Assembly: GCA_035631275.1 (NCBI GenBank)
Contig: DASQJA010000083.1
Coordinates: forward strand, 1-52,581
Source of the DNA: Bryobacteraceae bacterium
GTDB lineage: Bacteria; Acidobacteriota; Terriglobia; Bryobacterales; Bryobacteraceae
Direction: 5' to 3'
DNA: 52,581 bases
Part shown: positions 8,971 through 19,405 of the stretch, one piece after another
Position numbering within the stretch: the first letter of the stretch is position 1
How the letters are laid out: each line of letters opens with the position of its first letter
Position numbers and translations under genes: made by a program
The notes under the pieces: generated by a model
Databases searched by the model: none
Told to the model about the DNA's origin: nothing
The model's input: the letters and a program-made list of their open reading frames with translations, nothing else

Positions 8971-9788
8971 TATTTCTCCACCCGAAGTATACAATGCTCC
9001 CGCAGCCCGAGACCGATCCGGATCGCTTCCTCGACCGGCGAGTACGCCCCATCCGGCCGATCCAGCGAGAACGGCTGTGCCGTCTCGAGCGCCGGTTGCG
9101 CAAGGAGACGCGGCCGCGTTCCGCGATGCGGCTGCGCGGCATGAACCAGAAGTGGATGACACAGGTACACTGTCCCAGCCTCGCCCGTCGCCAGAACCTC
9201 CTTGCGCTTGGCGCTATCGTCGAACCCCTGGCCCGCCAGTTCCCGTAGCGAGAGACCGCGCTCGCCCGCGGGAGCCAGCCTTCGCGCAATATCGAAATGT
9301 GATCCCACTCGGATGCGCGTGGGCGCGTCGCGCTCGCCGATATCCGAAAACAGGAATAGCATCAGTAGCGCGCGATCCTTGGACGTCACGTTGATGCGCC
9401 AGTCGAAATAGTTGTTGGTCGGCGCGCCCTCCGGCGGGAAGCTGCTGTCGATGTGCCAGCCCGCGTCACCCGGATCGTCGCGCCAAGGAAATCGCACCGG
9501 AAACGTCCCGAGATTCTCGCGCCGCCGCCATCGCCCTGGACCAACCAGTTGATCGAACGCCTGCTGTAGCACCGGCGTATTTGCCGCTTTCCGAAATGGC
9601 TCCTGATCGTAATAGCCCAGGCGAATCACAGGCTTGGTCCAGGTTCGCGGATCTTCAGGATTGCACCCCGTATCGCGCCAGAGAATCGCCCTGCCCTGCT
9701 CGGCCAGTTCGCGCGAAAACGCGCCTTCGATTTTTAGGAACCCGTCTTCAATAAAGCGCTGAATTTCGTCGTGGCTCAACATGCACAC
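8970..9788 (-). CDS. phytanoyl-CoA dioxygenase (PhyH) family Fe(II)/2-oxoglutarate oxygenase
   Basis: 272 aa with a GTG start. LSHDEIQRFIEDGFLKIEGAF..., an HxD motif in GWHIDSS, and a distal His in HPLLVHAAQP. Confidence 0.75.
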   Translation of the reverse strand: MCMLSHDEIQRFIEDGFLKIEGAFSRELAEQGRAILWRDTGCNPEDPRTWTKPVIRLGYYDQEPFRKAANTPVLQQAFDQLVGPGRWRRRENLGTFPVRFPWRDDPGDAGWHIDSSFPPEGAPTNNYFDWRINVTSKDRALLMLFLFSDIGERDAPTRIRVGSHFDIARRLAPAGERGLSLRELAGQGFDDSAKRKEVLATGEAGTVYLCHPLLVHAAQPHRGTRPRLLAQPALETAQPFSLDRPDGAYSPVEEAIRIGLGLREHCILRVEK

Positions 9789-9878
9789 CCGACATACCGG
9801 CTCAACTCTCAGTCTAGCTGGCTGGCTAGTGAAGATCGTTCCCGGCCAAGGCCGCGCAAGATATGGTTAGCAACTGCA

Positions 9879-10179
9879 TTGAATGAACGCTACTATCAAT
9901 TCGACTGGGACGAGAAAAAGCTGCCGCAAATCTGCTCAAACATGGGTGTCACATTCCTACTCGCCTCAACCGTTTTCTTAGATCCCGGCTTGCTCACGTC
10001 ACCCGACCTGGAACACGGCCCCGAGGAACGTTGTTTCTCAATCGGATCGGCTAGCGATGGCAAGGTGCTCGCGGTCTCATATCTTTGGTCTGAGAGACAG
10101 CCGATGATCGAAGTTAGAAATCATTTCAGCCCGCCAAGCGATACGAAACGAAATTCGTCATTACGAGGAGAACCAATGA
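9879..10179 (+). pseudogene. brnT: BrnT (DUF497) toxin gene with frame disruptions
   Basis: Frame 0 reads ...YYQFDWDEKK...VTFLLASTVFLDP...EERCFSIG...GKVLAVSYLWSE.... A 9-codon patch reads LPQICSNMG in frame, but AAANLLKHG (the family consensus KAAANLrKHG) in the shifted frame at 9920-9946. The conserved C-terminus EIISARQAIRNEIRHYEENQ* is only in the +1 frame (10117-10179). Confidence 0.55.
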
Positions 10180-10400
10180 GCAACCAACCGGTCGATGACG
10201 ATATGCCCGCCGAAATCGACTTCAGCAAAGCCGAGCGCGGCCTGCATCACATCCCGGCCGCCGCGAAGGTATTTCTCCCCACATCCAGAGAACGCAGCGT
10301 TTGGCAATATTATTCAAACAAAGCGCAACAGAAGGGTGTCGCCCTGTCCGAACTCGTCACGGATGTCCTGAAGCGCGATATGACTCCGGCGAAACGCTGA
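10176..10400 (+). CDS. brnA: BrnA-like antitoxin (RHH/CopG-type)
   Basis: 74 aa, MSNQPVDDDMPAEIDFSKAERG...VFLPTSRERSVWQYYSNKAQQKGVALSELVTDVLKRDM. Its ATG overlaps the out-of-frame brnT stop (ATGA at 10176-10179), the classic brnTA junction. Confidence 0.6.
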   Translation: MSNQPVDDDMPAEIDFSKAERGLHHIPAAAKVFLPTSRERSVWQYYSNKAQQKGVALSELVTDVLKRDMTPAKR

Positions 10401-10545
10401 CGAGCACGCTCCCCATGGGTAGAGCGCAAACACCAACGCGTCGACGCCGGACTTCCGTTCATCAAGACAGCCTTCCGTAAGCCGCTCAAAATGGGACCGG
10501 CGTTCACGCGCACGCACTGGACCCCTCACCCCAACTCGATCGGGC

Positions 10546-10690
10546 CGGGTCTGCCTCTTTCTTCTCGGCTGCGTCGTACTGTTCTAGGGCGTAACTGGTG
10601 TCACGGAATTCTACCGATTCCGGAAGTAGGACTTTCCGCGAGTATCAATTTCGCGCTCGGCGAAAACCACAGCTCTCCCTGTCGTATCAT
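10546..10690 (-). pseudogene. possible HigB-like (plasmid-maintenance killer) toxin relic
   Basis: The minus-strand segment 10638-10546 reads RKVLLPESVEFRDTSYALEQYDAAEKKEADP, resembling the HigB core (rKlpp....a.rkL..LdAAe.l.dL..P). A MIRQ... start at 10690 is in another frame. No single frame stays open. Confidence 0.25.
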
Positions 10691-10854
10691 CAAAACAGAA
10701 CCACTCGCCGACCTGAACACGCTCGCGAGCCGGTTCCATCCGAGCTTCAACCAGGCTCACACTAAGAACGAATGTCGCCGACACAAAAACTCAACCGCAA
10801 CCACTATCCCCTCCTCCACGGGCCCGCCGTCGGCCGCAACGCGGCTTCAAACCG

Positions 10855-11738
<884 letters not shown>

Positions 11739-11742
<4 letters not shown>

Positions 11743-13694
11743 GCCATCCTTTCTTATTGGAGATCGGCACAGAAGAGATCCCAGACTGGATGATCGTCCC
11801 TGCTCTCAATCAATTGCAGGATAATTTTCAATCTTTGCTCGATCAGCATTCACTCGGTGGCAAAGTTACTCACGTCGATGCCACCCCGCGCAGGTTGGTT
11901 CTCAAAGCTAAGGATTTACTCGAACGGCAGCCCGATACCGAAGAGTTGGCCCCCGGACCGCCCAAGTCCGCCGGCCCCAGCGCCGCCGCAGGCTTCGCCA
12001 AAAAGAACGGAGCGACTCCTGATCAGCTCATCGTTCAGTCGACCCCGAAGGGCGAGTATTATTTTTTGCAAAAGCGAACACAGGGCCAGCCGGCGGCCGA
12101 TATCCTGGCTCGCGAACTTCCCAATCTGATACTTAAAATTAACTGGCCTAAGACAATGGTTTGGAATGGGAAAGGAACCGAGCGATTCATTCGCCCCATC
12201 CGCTGGCTGGTGGCTTCGTTTTTTCAGAAAACGATTCCGTTCTCTATCGGCGGCGTCGCTACCTCATCTTTTACGTCCGGCCACCGAATCCTGGGGAACG
12301 CTCAGATACCGGTCACCATCGACGACTTCGACCGCCAGCTTCTCGCGAATTACGTCATCCTCTCGGCCGACACCCGACGCGCCAAGATCGAAACCGACAT
12401 CGCAGCCCTGCTCGAAGGCAAGAACCTACGCGCTAAGCCCGACCCCGACCTGCTTCACACCCTCACCTACATCACCGAATTCCCCACCCCTATCCTCGGC
12501 AGCTTCGACCCCCAATACCTTGAACTCCCGAGCGAAGTCCTGATCACGGTGATGCGCCACCACCAGAAATATTTTTCGGTGGAGGGCTCGGCCGGCAACC
12601 TGGCGCCGCACTTCATCGCCGTCATGAACACCAATGCCGACCCCGATGGCCTGGTCCGCCACGGCAACGAGCGAGTATTACGCGCCCGCTTCAACGATGC
12701 CCGCTTTTTCTGGCAGCAAGACCAGAAGAAGAAACTGGATGCGCGGGTTCCGGATCTCAAACACGTCACGTTTCAGGCGAAAGTTGGCTCCTATTTCGAT
12801 AAGTCGACGCGCATCCAAAGCCTGGTCAAGCAACTTGGCGGGGATCCTGACGCCGAAGCCGCGGCTATCCTTTGCAAAACTGACCTGACCACCGACATGG
12901 TCAAAGAGTTCACGGATCTTCAGGGCACAATCGGCGGCCTTTACGCAAAAGAGCAAGGTTGGCCGGAGCAAGTCTGGCGCGCCATCTACGACCACTACAA
13001 ACCTCTCAGCATGGACGGCGAAATCCCCGCGACGCCGGAGGGTCGCCTCCTCGCACTCGCCGACAAATGGGACACCCTCGTCTCCTGCTTCGCCGCCGGA
13101 CTCGCTCCCACCGGTTCCAAAGACCCCTTCGCACTCCGCCGCGCCGCCCAAGGCGTGGTCCGAATCATCGTCGAAGGCAAAGTGAAATTCGATTTCCCCG
13201 GCACGTCCGACGACCTTTGCGAGTTCATGCGCGACCGTATCGAATACTATTTCCGCGACGTCCGCGACTTCGCCTACGATGAAGTCCGCGCCTGCATGTC
13301 CGCCGGATGGCAGGACCTGATCGATCTCGAATCGCGCCTCAAGCGCGTGCAAACTATCCGCCCGACGCCCGACTTCGAACCGATCGCAGCAAGCTTCAAA
13401 CGCATCAAGAACATCCTCAAGCAAGCGAATTACACGAACGGGGAAGCCTACCGCGAAGATCTACTCGAACCCGGCCCCGAAAAGGATCTCCACACCGAGA
13501 TCCGCCGTTCGATCGGCAAGCCTCTTGAGCAGCGCATCGGCCCGCTTCGCCCCAAAGTCGATCTCTTCTTCGACAAAGTTCTCGTCAACGCGCCGGATGA
13601 AAAAATCCGACGCAACCGCCTCGCATTACTGCATAGTCTTTTGCAGGAATTTTCCACGATCGCCGACTTCTCGGAGATCGTCACCGAAAGGTAG
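11739..13694 (+). CDS. glyS: glycine--tRNA ligase beta subunit
   Basis: 651 aa. GTG start overlapping the glyQ stop (GTGA). N-terminal [15 protein letters not shown]..., a typical GlyS layout directly downstream of glyQ. Confidence 0.9.
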
Positions 13695-13697
13695 CCA

Positions 13698-16433
13698 ATG
13701 AAAAACCACGTTTACTCCTTCGGCAACGGCCGCGCCGACGGCGACGGCAAGATGAAAGACGTTCTCGGCGGCAAGGGCTCCGGCCTCGCCGAGATGAGCC
13801 GGGCCGGCGTGCCCGTTCCCCCGGGCTTCACCATCTCCACTGAAGTCTGCAACATCTATTTTCAGAACAAAAATACGCTGCCAAAAGATATCGAGTCCGA
13901 AATCTCCGTTGCGCTCTCGCAGCTCGAATCCGCCACCGGCAAGACGCTCGGCGACGCCTCGAATCCCCTGCTGGTCAGCGTCCGAAGCGGCGCGAAATTC
14001 TCGATGCCGGGCATGATGAACACGATCCTCAACCTCGGCCTCAACGACCACACAGTCGAGGGCCTGGCGCGCGCCAGCTCCAATTCACGCTTCGCCTACG
14101 ATTCCTACCGCCGCTTCCTCCAGATGTTCGGCGAAGTCGCGCTCGACATCGACATGAAAAAGTTCGATCACATCTTCGACGAGCGCAAAAAGAGAGCCAA
14201 AATCAAGCTCGACACTGACCTCACCGCCGACGACCTCAAAGCGATCATCGCCGACTATCAGAAACTCGTCAAAAAAGAAACCGGCAAACCTTTCCCGCAG
14301 GACGCGCGCGAACAGCTCTGGGGCGGCATCGCCGCCGTCTTCCGCTCCTGGTGGGGCAAGAACGCCGTCACCTACCGCCGGATGGAGAAAATTCCTGACG
14401 AGATCGGCACCGCCGCCAACGTCCAGAGTATGGTCTTCGGCAACATGGGCGAAGATTCTGGCACCGGCGTCGGTTTCACACGCAACCCCGCGACGGGCGA
14501 AAAGGTCTTCTGGGGCGAATTCCTGCTCAACGCGCAAGGTGAGGATGTGGTCGCCGGCATCCGTACTCCGCAGCCCATTGCCGATCTCGAATCCGTCATG
14601 CCGGACGCCTACCGACAGCTCCGCGACATCACCACCAATCTCGAAAAGCACTACCGCGACATGCAGGACTTCGAGTTCACCATCGAACACGGCAAGCTCT
14701 TCATGCTCCAAACGCGCAACGGAAAGCGTACCGGAACAGCCGCCGTTCGAATCGCGGTCGAAATGGTCAAAGAAGGATTAATCGACAAGCGCGAGGCAGT
14801 CCTTCGCGTCGCGCCCAATCAGCTCGATCAGCTCCTGCATCCCTTGTTCGACCCGGCCTCGCTAAAATCCCTAGCGAAACTCGCCACCGGCATCGACGCC
14901 TCTCCCGGCGCAGCGGTTGGCCGCGCAGTCTTCACCGCCGAAGAGGCTGTCGAAAAGGGCAAGAACGGCCCCGTCATCCTGGTCCGCAAGGAAACCACTC
15001 CCGACGACATCCACGGAATGGAAGTCGCCGAAGGAGTGCTGACCGCAGTCGGTGGAAAATCGAGCCACGCGGCGGTAGTCGCGCGCGGGATGGGCCTTCC
15101 CTGCGTAGTCGGCGCGGGCGCGCTCCATATCGACGAGCACAAGAAACAATTCACCGTCACCGCCGGCGCGAAAACCATCACGGTGAAAGAAGGCGATTGG
15201 ATCTCCTTCGACGGCACCAGCGCCGACGTCTACCTCGGCCAGGCCAAAACGAAAGAACCCGATCCGAAGTCCCCGCTCTTCGTCGAGTTCATGGGCTGGG
15301 CCGACAGTTTCCGCGGCGATTTCGGCGTTCGCGCCAATGCTGACATCCCTCGAGACGCTAAGGCCGCCCGCGAATTCGGAGCAGAAGGCATCGGCCTCTG
15401 CCGAACGGAACACATGTTCTTTGCGGCTGACCGCATCCCGCACATGCAGGCCATGATCCTGGCCGAAGACGAAAGGACCCGTCAGAAAGCGCTCGCGAAG
15501 CTCCTCCCCATGCAACGGAAGGATTTCGCCGGACTCTTCGAAGCCATGGACGGCTACCCGGTGATCATCCGCACGCTCGATCCGCCGCTACACGAGTTCC
15601 TGCCCAAGCGAGAGAACCTGATGGTCGACATCGCGGTCCTCCCACACGCCTCGGGGAAAGAGAAAAAGAAAATGTCCGAAGCTTACGGGATTCCCGTGGG
15701 CGACTTGAAGAAGAAACTGCCGCTGCTCCTGAAGCGCGTCGAAGAGCTGCACGAGTTCAACCCCATGCTCGGATTCCGCGGCTGTCGCCTCGGCGTCGTG
15801 CACCCGGAGATCACCGAAATGCAGGCCCGCGCCATTTTCGAAGCCGCCGTGCAAGTGGCGAAGAAAGGCACTAAGGTCATCCCCGAAGTCATGATCCCGC
15901 TCGTGGGCTTCAAGCAAGAGCTATCGATGCAGAAGGACATCGTCGAACGCGTCGCCAAGGAAGTCCTCGAAAAGGCCGGCATGAAAGACCTGAAGTACAT
16001 GATCGGCACCATGATCGAGATCCCGCGCGGCGCTCTCACCGCCAACCAAATCGCCGAAGTCGCTCAGTTCTTCAGCTTCGGCACCAACGATCTCACGCAA
16101 ACCACGCTCGGCATGTCGCGCGACGACTACACGAAGTTCTCGAAAAAATACGAAGAGCTGAAAATTTTCTCTGCCGATCCGTTCCAGACCATCGACCAGC
16201 CCGCCGTCGGGAAGCTGATCGAGCAGGCCGTCAAGCTCGGCCGTGGCACAAACTCCAAGCTCGAAATCGGCATCTGCGGTGAGCACGGCGGCGACCCAAG
16301 TTCGGTCGAGTTCTGCTACCGCATCGGCATGGATTACGTCTCCTGCTCGCCTTACCGTGTTCCGATCGCGCGCCTTGCCGCCGCGCAGGCCGCCATCAGT
16401 AGCGACAAGAGCGAGATGATGCGCACGGCATAG
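13698..16433 (+). CDS. ppdK: pyruvate, phosphate dikinase
   Basis: 911 aa with GGKGSGLAEM, a phospho-His loop GGKSSHAAVVARGMGLPCVVG, the PEP-utilising motif GLCRTEHMFF, and a TIM-barrel C-terminus. Confidence 0.95.
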   Translation: MKNHVYSFGNGRADGDGKMKDVLGGKGSGLAEMSRAGVPVPPGFTISTEVCNIYFQNKNTLPKDIESEISVALSQLESATGKTLGDASNPLLVSVRSGAKFSMPGMMNTILNLGLNDHTVEGLARASSNSRFAYDSYRRFLQMFGEVALDIDMKKFDHIFDERKKRAKIKLDTDLTADDLKAIIADYQKLVKKETGKPFPQDAREQLWGGIAAVFRSWWGKNAVTYRRMEKIPDEIGTAANVQSMVFGNMGEDSGTGVGFTRNPATGEKVFWGEFLLNAQGEDVVAGIRTPQPIADLESVMPDAYRQLRDITTNLEKHYRDMQDFEFTIEHGKLFMLQTRNGKRTGTAAVRIAVEMVKEGLIDKREAVLRVAPNQLDQLLHPLFDPASLKSLAKLATGIDASPGAAVGRAVFTAEEAVEKGKNGPVILVRKETTPDDIHGMEVAEGVLTAVGGKSSHAAVVARGMGLPCVVGAGALHIDEHKKQFTVTAGAKTITVKEGDWISFDGTSADVYLGQAKTKEPDPKSPLFVEFMGWADSFRGDFGVRANADIPRDAKAAREFGAEGIGLCRTEHMFFAADRIPHMQAMILAEDERTRQKALAKLLPMQRKDFAGLFEAMDGYPVIIRTLDPPLHEFLPKRENLMVDIAVLPHASGKEKKKMSEAYGIPVGDLKKKLPLLLKRVEELHEFNPMLGFRGCRLGVVHPEITEMQARAIFEAAVQVAKKGTKVIPEVMIPLVGFKQELSMQKDIVERVAKEVLEKAGMKDLKYMIGTMIEIPRGALTANQIAEVAQFFSFGTNDLTQTTLGMSRDDYTKFSKKYEELKIFSADPFQTIDQPAVGKLIEQAVKLGRGTNSKLEIGICGEHGGDPSSVEFCYRIGMDYVSCSPYRVPIARLAAAQAAISSDKSEMMRTA

Positions 16434-16439
16434 CCTCAC

Positions 16440-17678
16440 ATGCGAACCATCGCGATCCTGCTGCTGGCCGCCGCGTTAGCGACAGGACAGCAGGCCACCG
16501 TTCTGATTAAAACAGGACGCCTGCTCGATGTTCTTAAGGGCAGCTATCTCGAAAACGCCTCCATCCTGATCGAAGGCGATCGTATCAAAGCCGTCGGCTC
16601 AGTCAGCGCGCCGGCGAATGCCCAAATCATCGACCTGAGCCGCATGTTCGTCCTGCCCGGCCTGATCGATTGCCATACGCACCTCATGATGCGTGCAGGC
16701 CCCGGCACCGACGGTTACCTGCTCACCCTCGCCACCAAGTCTCAGGCCTTCCGCGCGCTGGAGGGCGCAGCCGATGCGCGCATCACGTTGAACGCCGGAT
16801 TCACCTCCGTCCGCGATGTCGAAAACGAAGGCTCCCTCTACGCCGACGTGGCCTTGCGAGACGCCATCAACCAGGGCCTCGTCGAAGGCCCGCGCGTGCA
16901 GGTCGCCACGCGCGCCATCGCTGCCGTCGGCCAATACAATCCCTTCGGCGTCTCACCCGACCTGATCGATTTCCCCACCGGCGCGCAGATGATCAGCGGC
17001 CCTGAAGAAGCCCGCCGCGCAGTCCGCGAACAGATCGGCCACGGGGCGGACCTCATCAAGGTCTACGCCGACTGGATTAACCCCACGCTCACTATCGACG
17101 AAATGCGCGTCATCGTCGAAGAAGCCCACAAGCAGAAGCGTAAGGTCGCTGCCCACGCCACCACACCTGAAGGCATCAAGAACGCAATCACTGCCGGTGT
17201 CGATTCCATCGAACACGGCCATCGCGCCGACCGCCAAGCTATCGAAATGATGCGAGACAAAGGCATCTTCCTGGTGGCGACTGTCGGCATGATCGCGAAT
17301 CAGATGGAACGAGCATCTCCCGAACAGCGCCAGCGCATGGCAGGATTCATTGAGGGTGTCCAGCAGGAGATTCGAATGGCGTTGGATCTGCACGTAAGAA
17401 TGGCCTCCGGCTTCGACGCGAGCGGAGCGTCGGTCCACGGCAAAAACGCCGACGAACTGGTCGCGCTCGTGAAGTTTGGCGTGCCGGCGATCGACGCGAT
17501 CCGTGCCGCAACCATGAACGCCGCGGAGCTGATGTCCTGGCAGAGCGACGTCGGCGCGATCGAACCGGGCAAATTCGCCGACCTGATCGCTGTCGACGGC
17601 GACCCGCTCTCGGACATCGCCGTTCTCAAACAAGTGAAGTTTGTGATGAAAGGCGGAAAGGTCGTAAGAGACCACTAA
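16440..17678 (+). CDS. secreted metal-dependent amidohydrolase family protein
   Basis: 412 aa. Signal peptide, then GLIDCHTHL (HxH metal motif), ...AHATTPEGI..., ...SIEHG..., and a C-terminal ADLIAVDGDPL, typical of the amidohydrolase superfamily. Confidence 0.75.
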   Translation: MRTIAILLLAAALATGQQATVLIKTGRLLDVLKGSYLENASILIEGDRIKAVGSVSAPANAQIIDLSRMFVLPGLIDCHTHLMMRAGPGTDGYLLTLATKSQAFRALEGAADARITLNAGFTSVRDVENEGSLYADVALRDAINQGLVEGPRVQVATRAIAAVGQYNPFGVSPDLIDFPTGAQMISGPEEARRAVREQIGHGADLIKVYADWINPTLTIDEMRVIVEEAHKQKRKVAAHATTPEGIKNAITAGVDSIEHGHRADRQAIEMMRDKGIFLVATVGMIANQMERASPEQRQRMAGFIEGVQQEIRMALDLHVRMASGFDASGASVHGKNADELVALVKFGVPAIDAIRAATMNAAELMSWQSDVGAIEPGKFADLIAVDGDPLSDIAVLKQVKFVMKGGKVVRDH

Positions 17679-18991
17679 GCCAGCACGGGAAGTATAGTGG
17701 CTTCCTTCAAACCGTGCGCGCTCAACCCGCCGATCTTTACATCCAGGATCCGATTCGCCTCGCGCGCTGCCGCCAACTCGACCCGAAGAAAATTCCCGCT
17801 CAGCGCTCCCTCGGTCAGCGTGACAACCGACAGCGTCCGGCCGATCATCATCCGCCGAAACTCCAGATTCTTACGCTCTCCGATCTCCCGCAGCACGCGA
17901 TTCCGTTCCTTGCGCACCGCCATCGGCACCTGATTGACGCTCTCGGCCGCCAGCGTACCCGGACGCTCGGAATACGTGAACACGTGCAAATATGTAAACG
18001 GCAGGCTCTCAATGAACACGCGGCTCTCTTCAAACTCGGCATCCGTCTCGCCAGGAAATCCCACCATGACATCGGCCCCGATCGCGGCGTCTGGCATCGC
18101 CGCCCGCGCTTTGAGAATCCGATCTTCGTAATGCCGCGGCCGATACTTGCGATGCATCCGGCGCAGCACTCGATCCGAACCCGACTGTAACGGCGCGTGC
18201 ACATGATCGGCAATCCTCGGCGAGGCGGCCACCAGTTCCAGAAGGTCGTCCGACCAATCCATCGGCTCCACCGAGCTCAACCTCAGCCGCTCAACCTCTG
18301 TCTCTTCGAGCAACCGGCGGACCAAATCCACGAATCGCATCGCGCCGCCCAGTTCCCTGCCCCAGCGCCCCAAGTTGATCCCGCTGAGCACCACCTCGCG
18401 ATACTTCGACGCAAGCTGCCTCACCTCGCCGATCACTTGGTCTGCCGGCGCGCTCCGACTCCGGCCGCGCACGAACGGAATAATACAAAACGAACAGCGG
18501 TTGTTGCAGCCATCTTGAATCTTCAGATTCGGCCGTGTCCGATCGCCCGCCGCATCCACAACCGCCGACGCCTGAAACTCGCGCTGCTCGAAGATATCCC
18601 CGACGTGGACCTCGGCACTCGGGCCGTCCAACCGAACTTCGCCGTGATAATCTGCCGTCGCAGGCCGGACAATCTCGGCGATGCGCGTCTTATGCGAGTT
18701 CCCTACTACCCAATTGACTCCAGGGAGTACGGCGATCTCCGCCGGCACACGCTGGGCATAGCACCCGGTCACCAGAATCCGCGCCGACGGATTCTCCCGC
18801 CGCGCCCGATGCACCGCCTTGCGCACGTCTTCGTCCGCCAAAGCAGTGACCGTACATGTATTTAGCACCACAAGATCGGCTTCGCCCGCATACGCAGCCT
18901 GCATCCCCGCACCGGCCAAATCAGCCTCAATCGCCGCTCCATCGGCCTGCGATGCCCGGCACCCGAAATTCTGCACGAAAAAGCTGCGCAC
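17675..18991 (-). CDS. mtaB: radical-SAM tRNA methylthiotransferase, MtaB-like
   Basis: 438 aa with a GTG start. N-terminal UPF0004 cysteines (NFGCRASQ..., VLNTCTVT, VTGCYAQR), radical-SAM CNNRCSFC, and a C-terminal TRAM-like region. Confidence 0.75.
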   Translation of the reverse strand: MRSFFVQNFGCRASQADGAAIEADLAGAGMQAAYAGEADLVVLNTCTVTALADEDVRKAVHRARRENPSARILVTGCYAQRVPAEIAVLPGVNWVVGNSHKTRIAEIVRPATADYHGEVRLDGPSAEVHVGDIFEQREFQASAVVDAAGDRTRPNLKIQDGCNNRCSFCIIPFVRGRSRSAPADQVIGEVRQLASKYREVVLSGINLGRWGRELGGAMRFVDLVRRLLEETEVERLRLSSVEPMDWSDDLLELVAASPRIADHVHAPLQSGSDRVLRRMHRKYRPRHYEDRILKARAAMPDAAIGADVMVGFPGETDAEFEESRVFIESLPFTYLHVFTYSERPGTLAAESVNQVPMAVRKERNRVLREIGERKNLEFRRMMIGRTLSVVTLTEGALSGNFLRVELAAAREANRILDVKIGGLSAHGLKEATILPVLA

Positions 18992-19114
18992 GATCTGATT
19001 TTATCAACCGCCAACATGCTGCGGCACAAGTTCGATCAGCAGTAGTCGGTACGAAAAAGCGAATCTACCGACGAGGAGCAACCTCGTATTCTGCGCCTGA
19101 TCCGACCCGCATCC

Positions 19115-19318
19115 ATGCGTCCCGACGGGCGTCTTAGCGGTCCTACACTCGCGGTCAGCGACTTAATGGATCTTAAAGAAGACGACGTTCTCACATTCGA
19201 CCATCCTGTCACGCACCCCATCGATCTCAGCATCAACGGCAAGTTGAAATTCCGTGGGCACGTGGTCAGCTCAGGCGGTAAGCGAGCTTTTCAAATCGAG
19301 GAAGCAGACAAGGCTTAG
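19115..19318 (+). CDS. SpoA-domain (FliN / FliM C-terminal-like) fragment, possibly a pseudogene
   Basis: 67 aa with LAVSDLMDLKEDDVLTFDHPVTHPIDLSINGKLKFRGHVVSSGGKRAFQIEE, which fits the FliN/FliM-C consensus. The same frame is open upstream to an ATG at 19016 but is interrupted by a TAG at 19043-19045. Confidence 0.5.
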   Translation: MRPDGRLSGPTLAVSDLMDLKEDDVLTFDHPVTHPIDLSINGKLKFRGHVVSSGGKRAFQIEEADKA

Positions 19319-19405
19319 CCCGTCGGCGTTTTCGCCCGCGCGCACAGCGTCATTTTCGCCGCCGCAGTACAGTTTCGTCCCGAAAGCGCATGTTACTTTG
19401 GCTGC

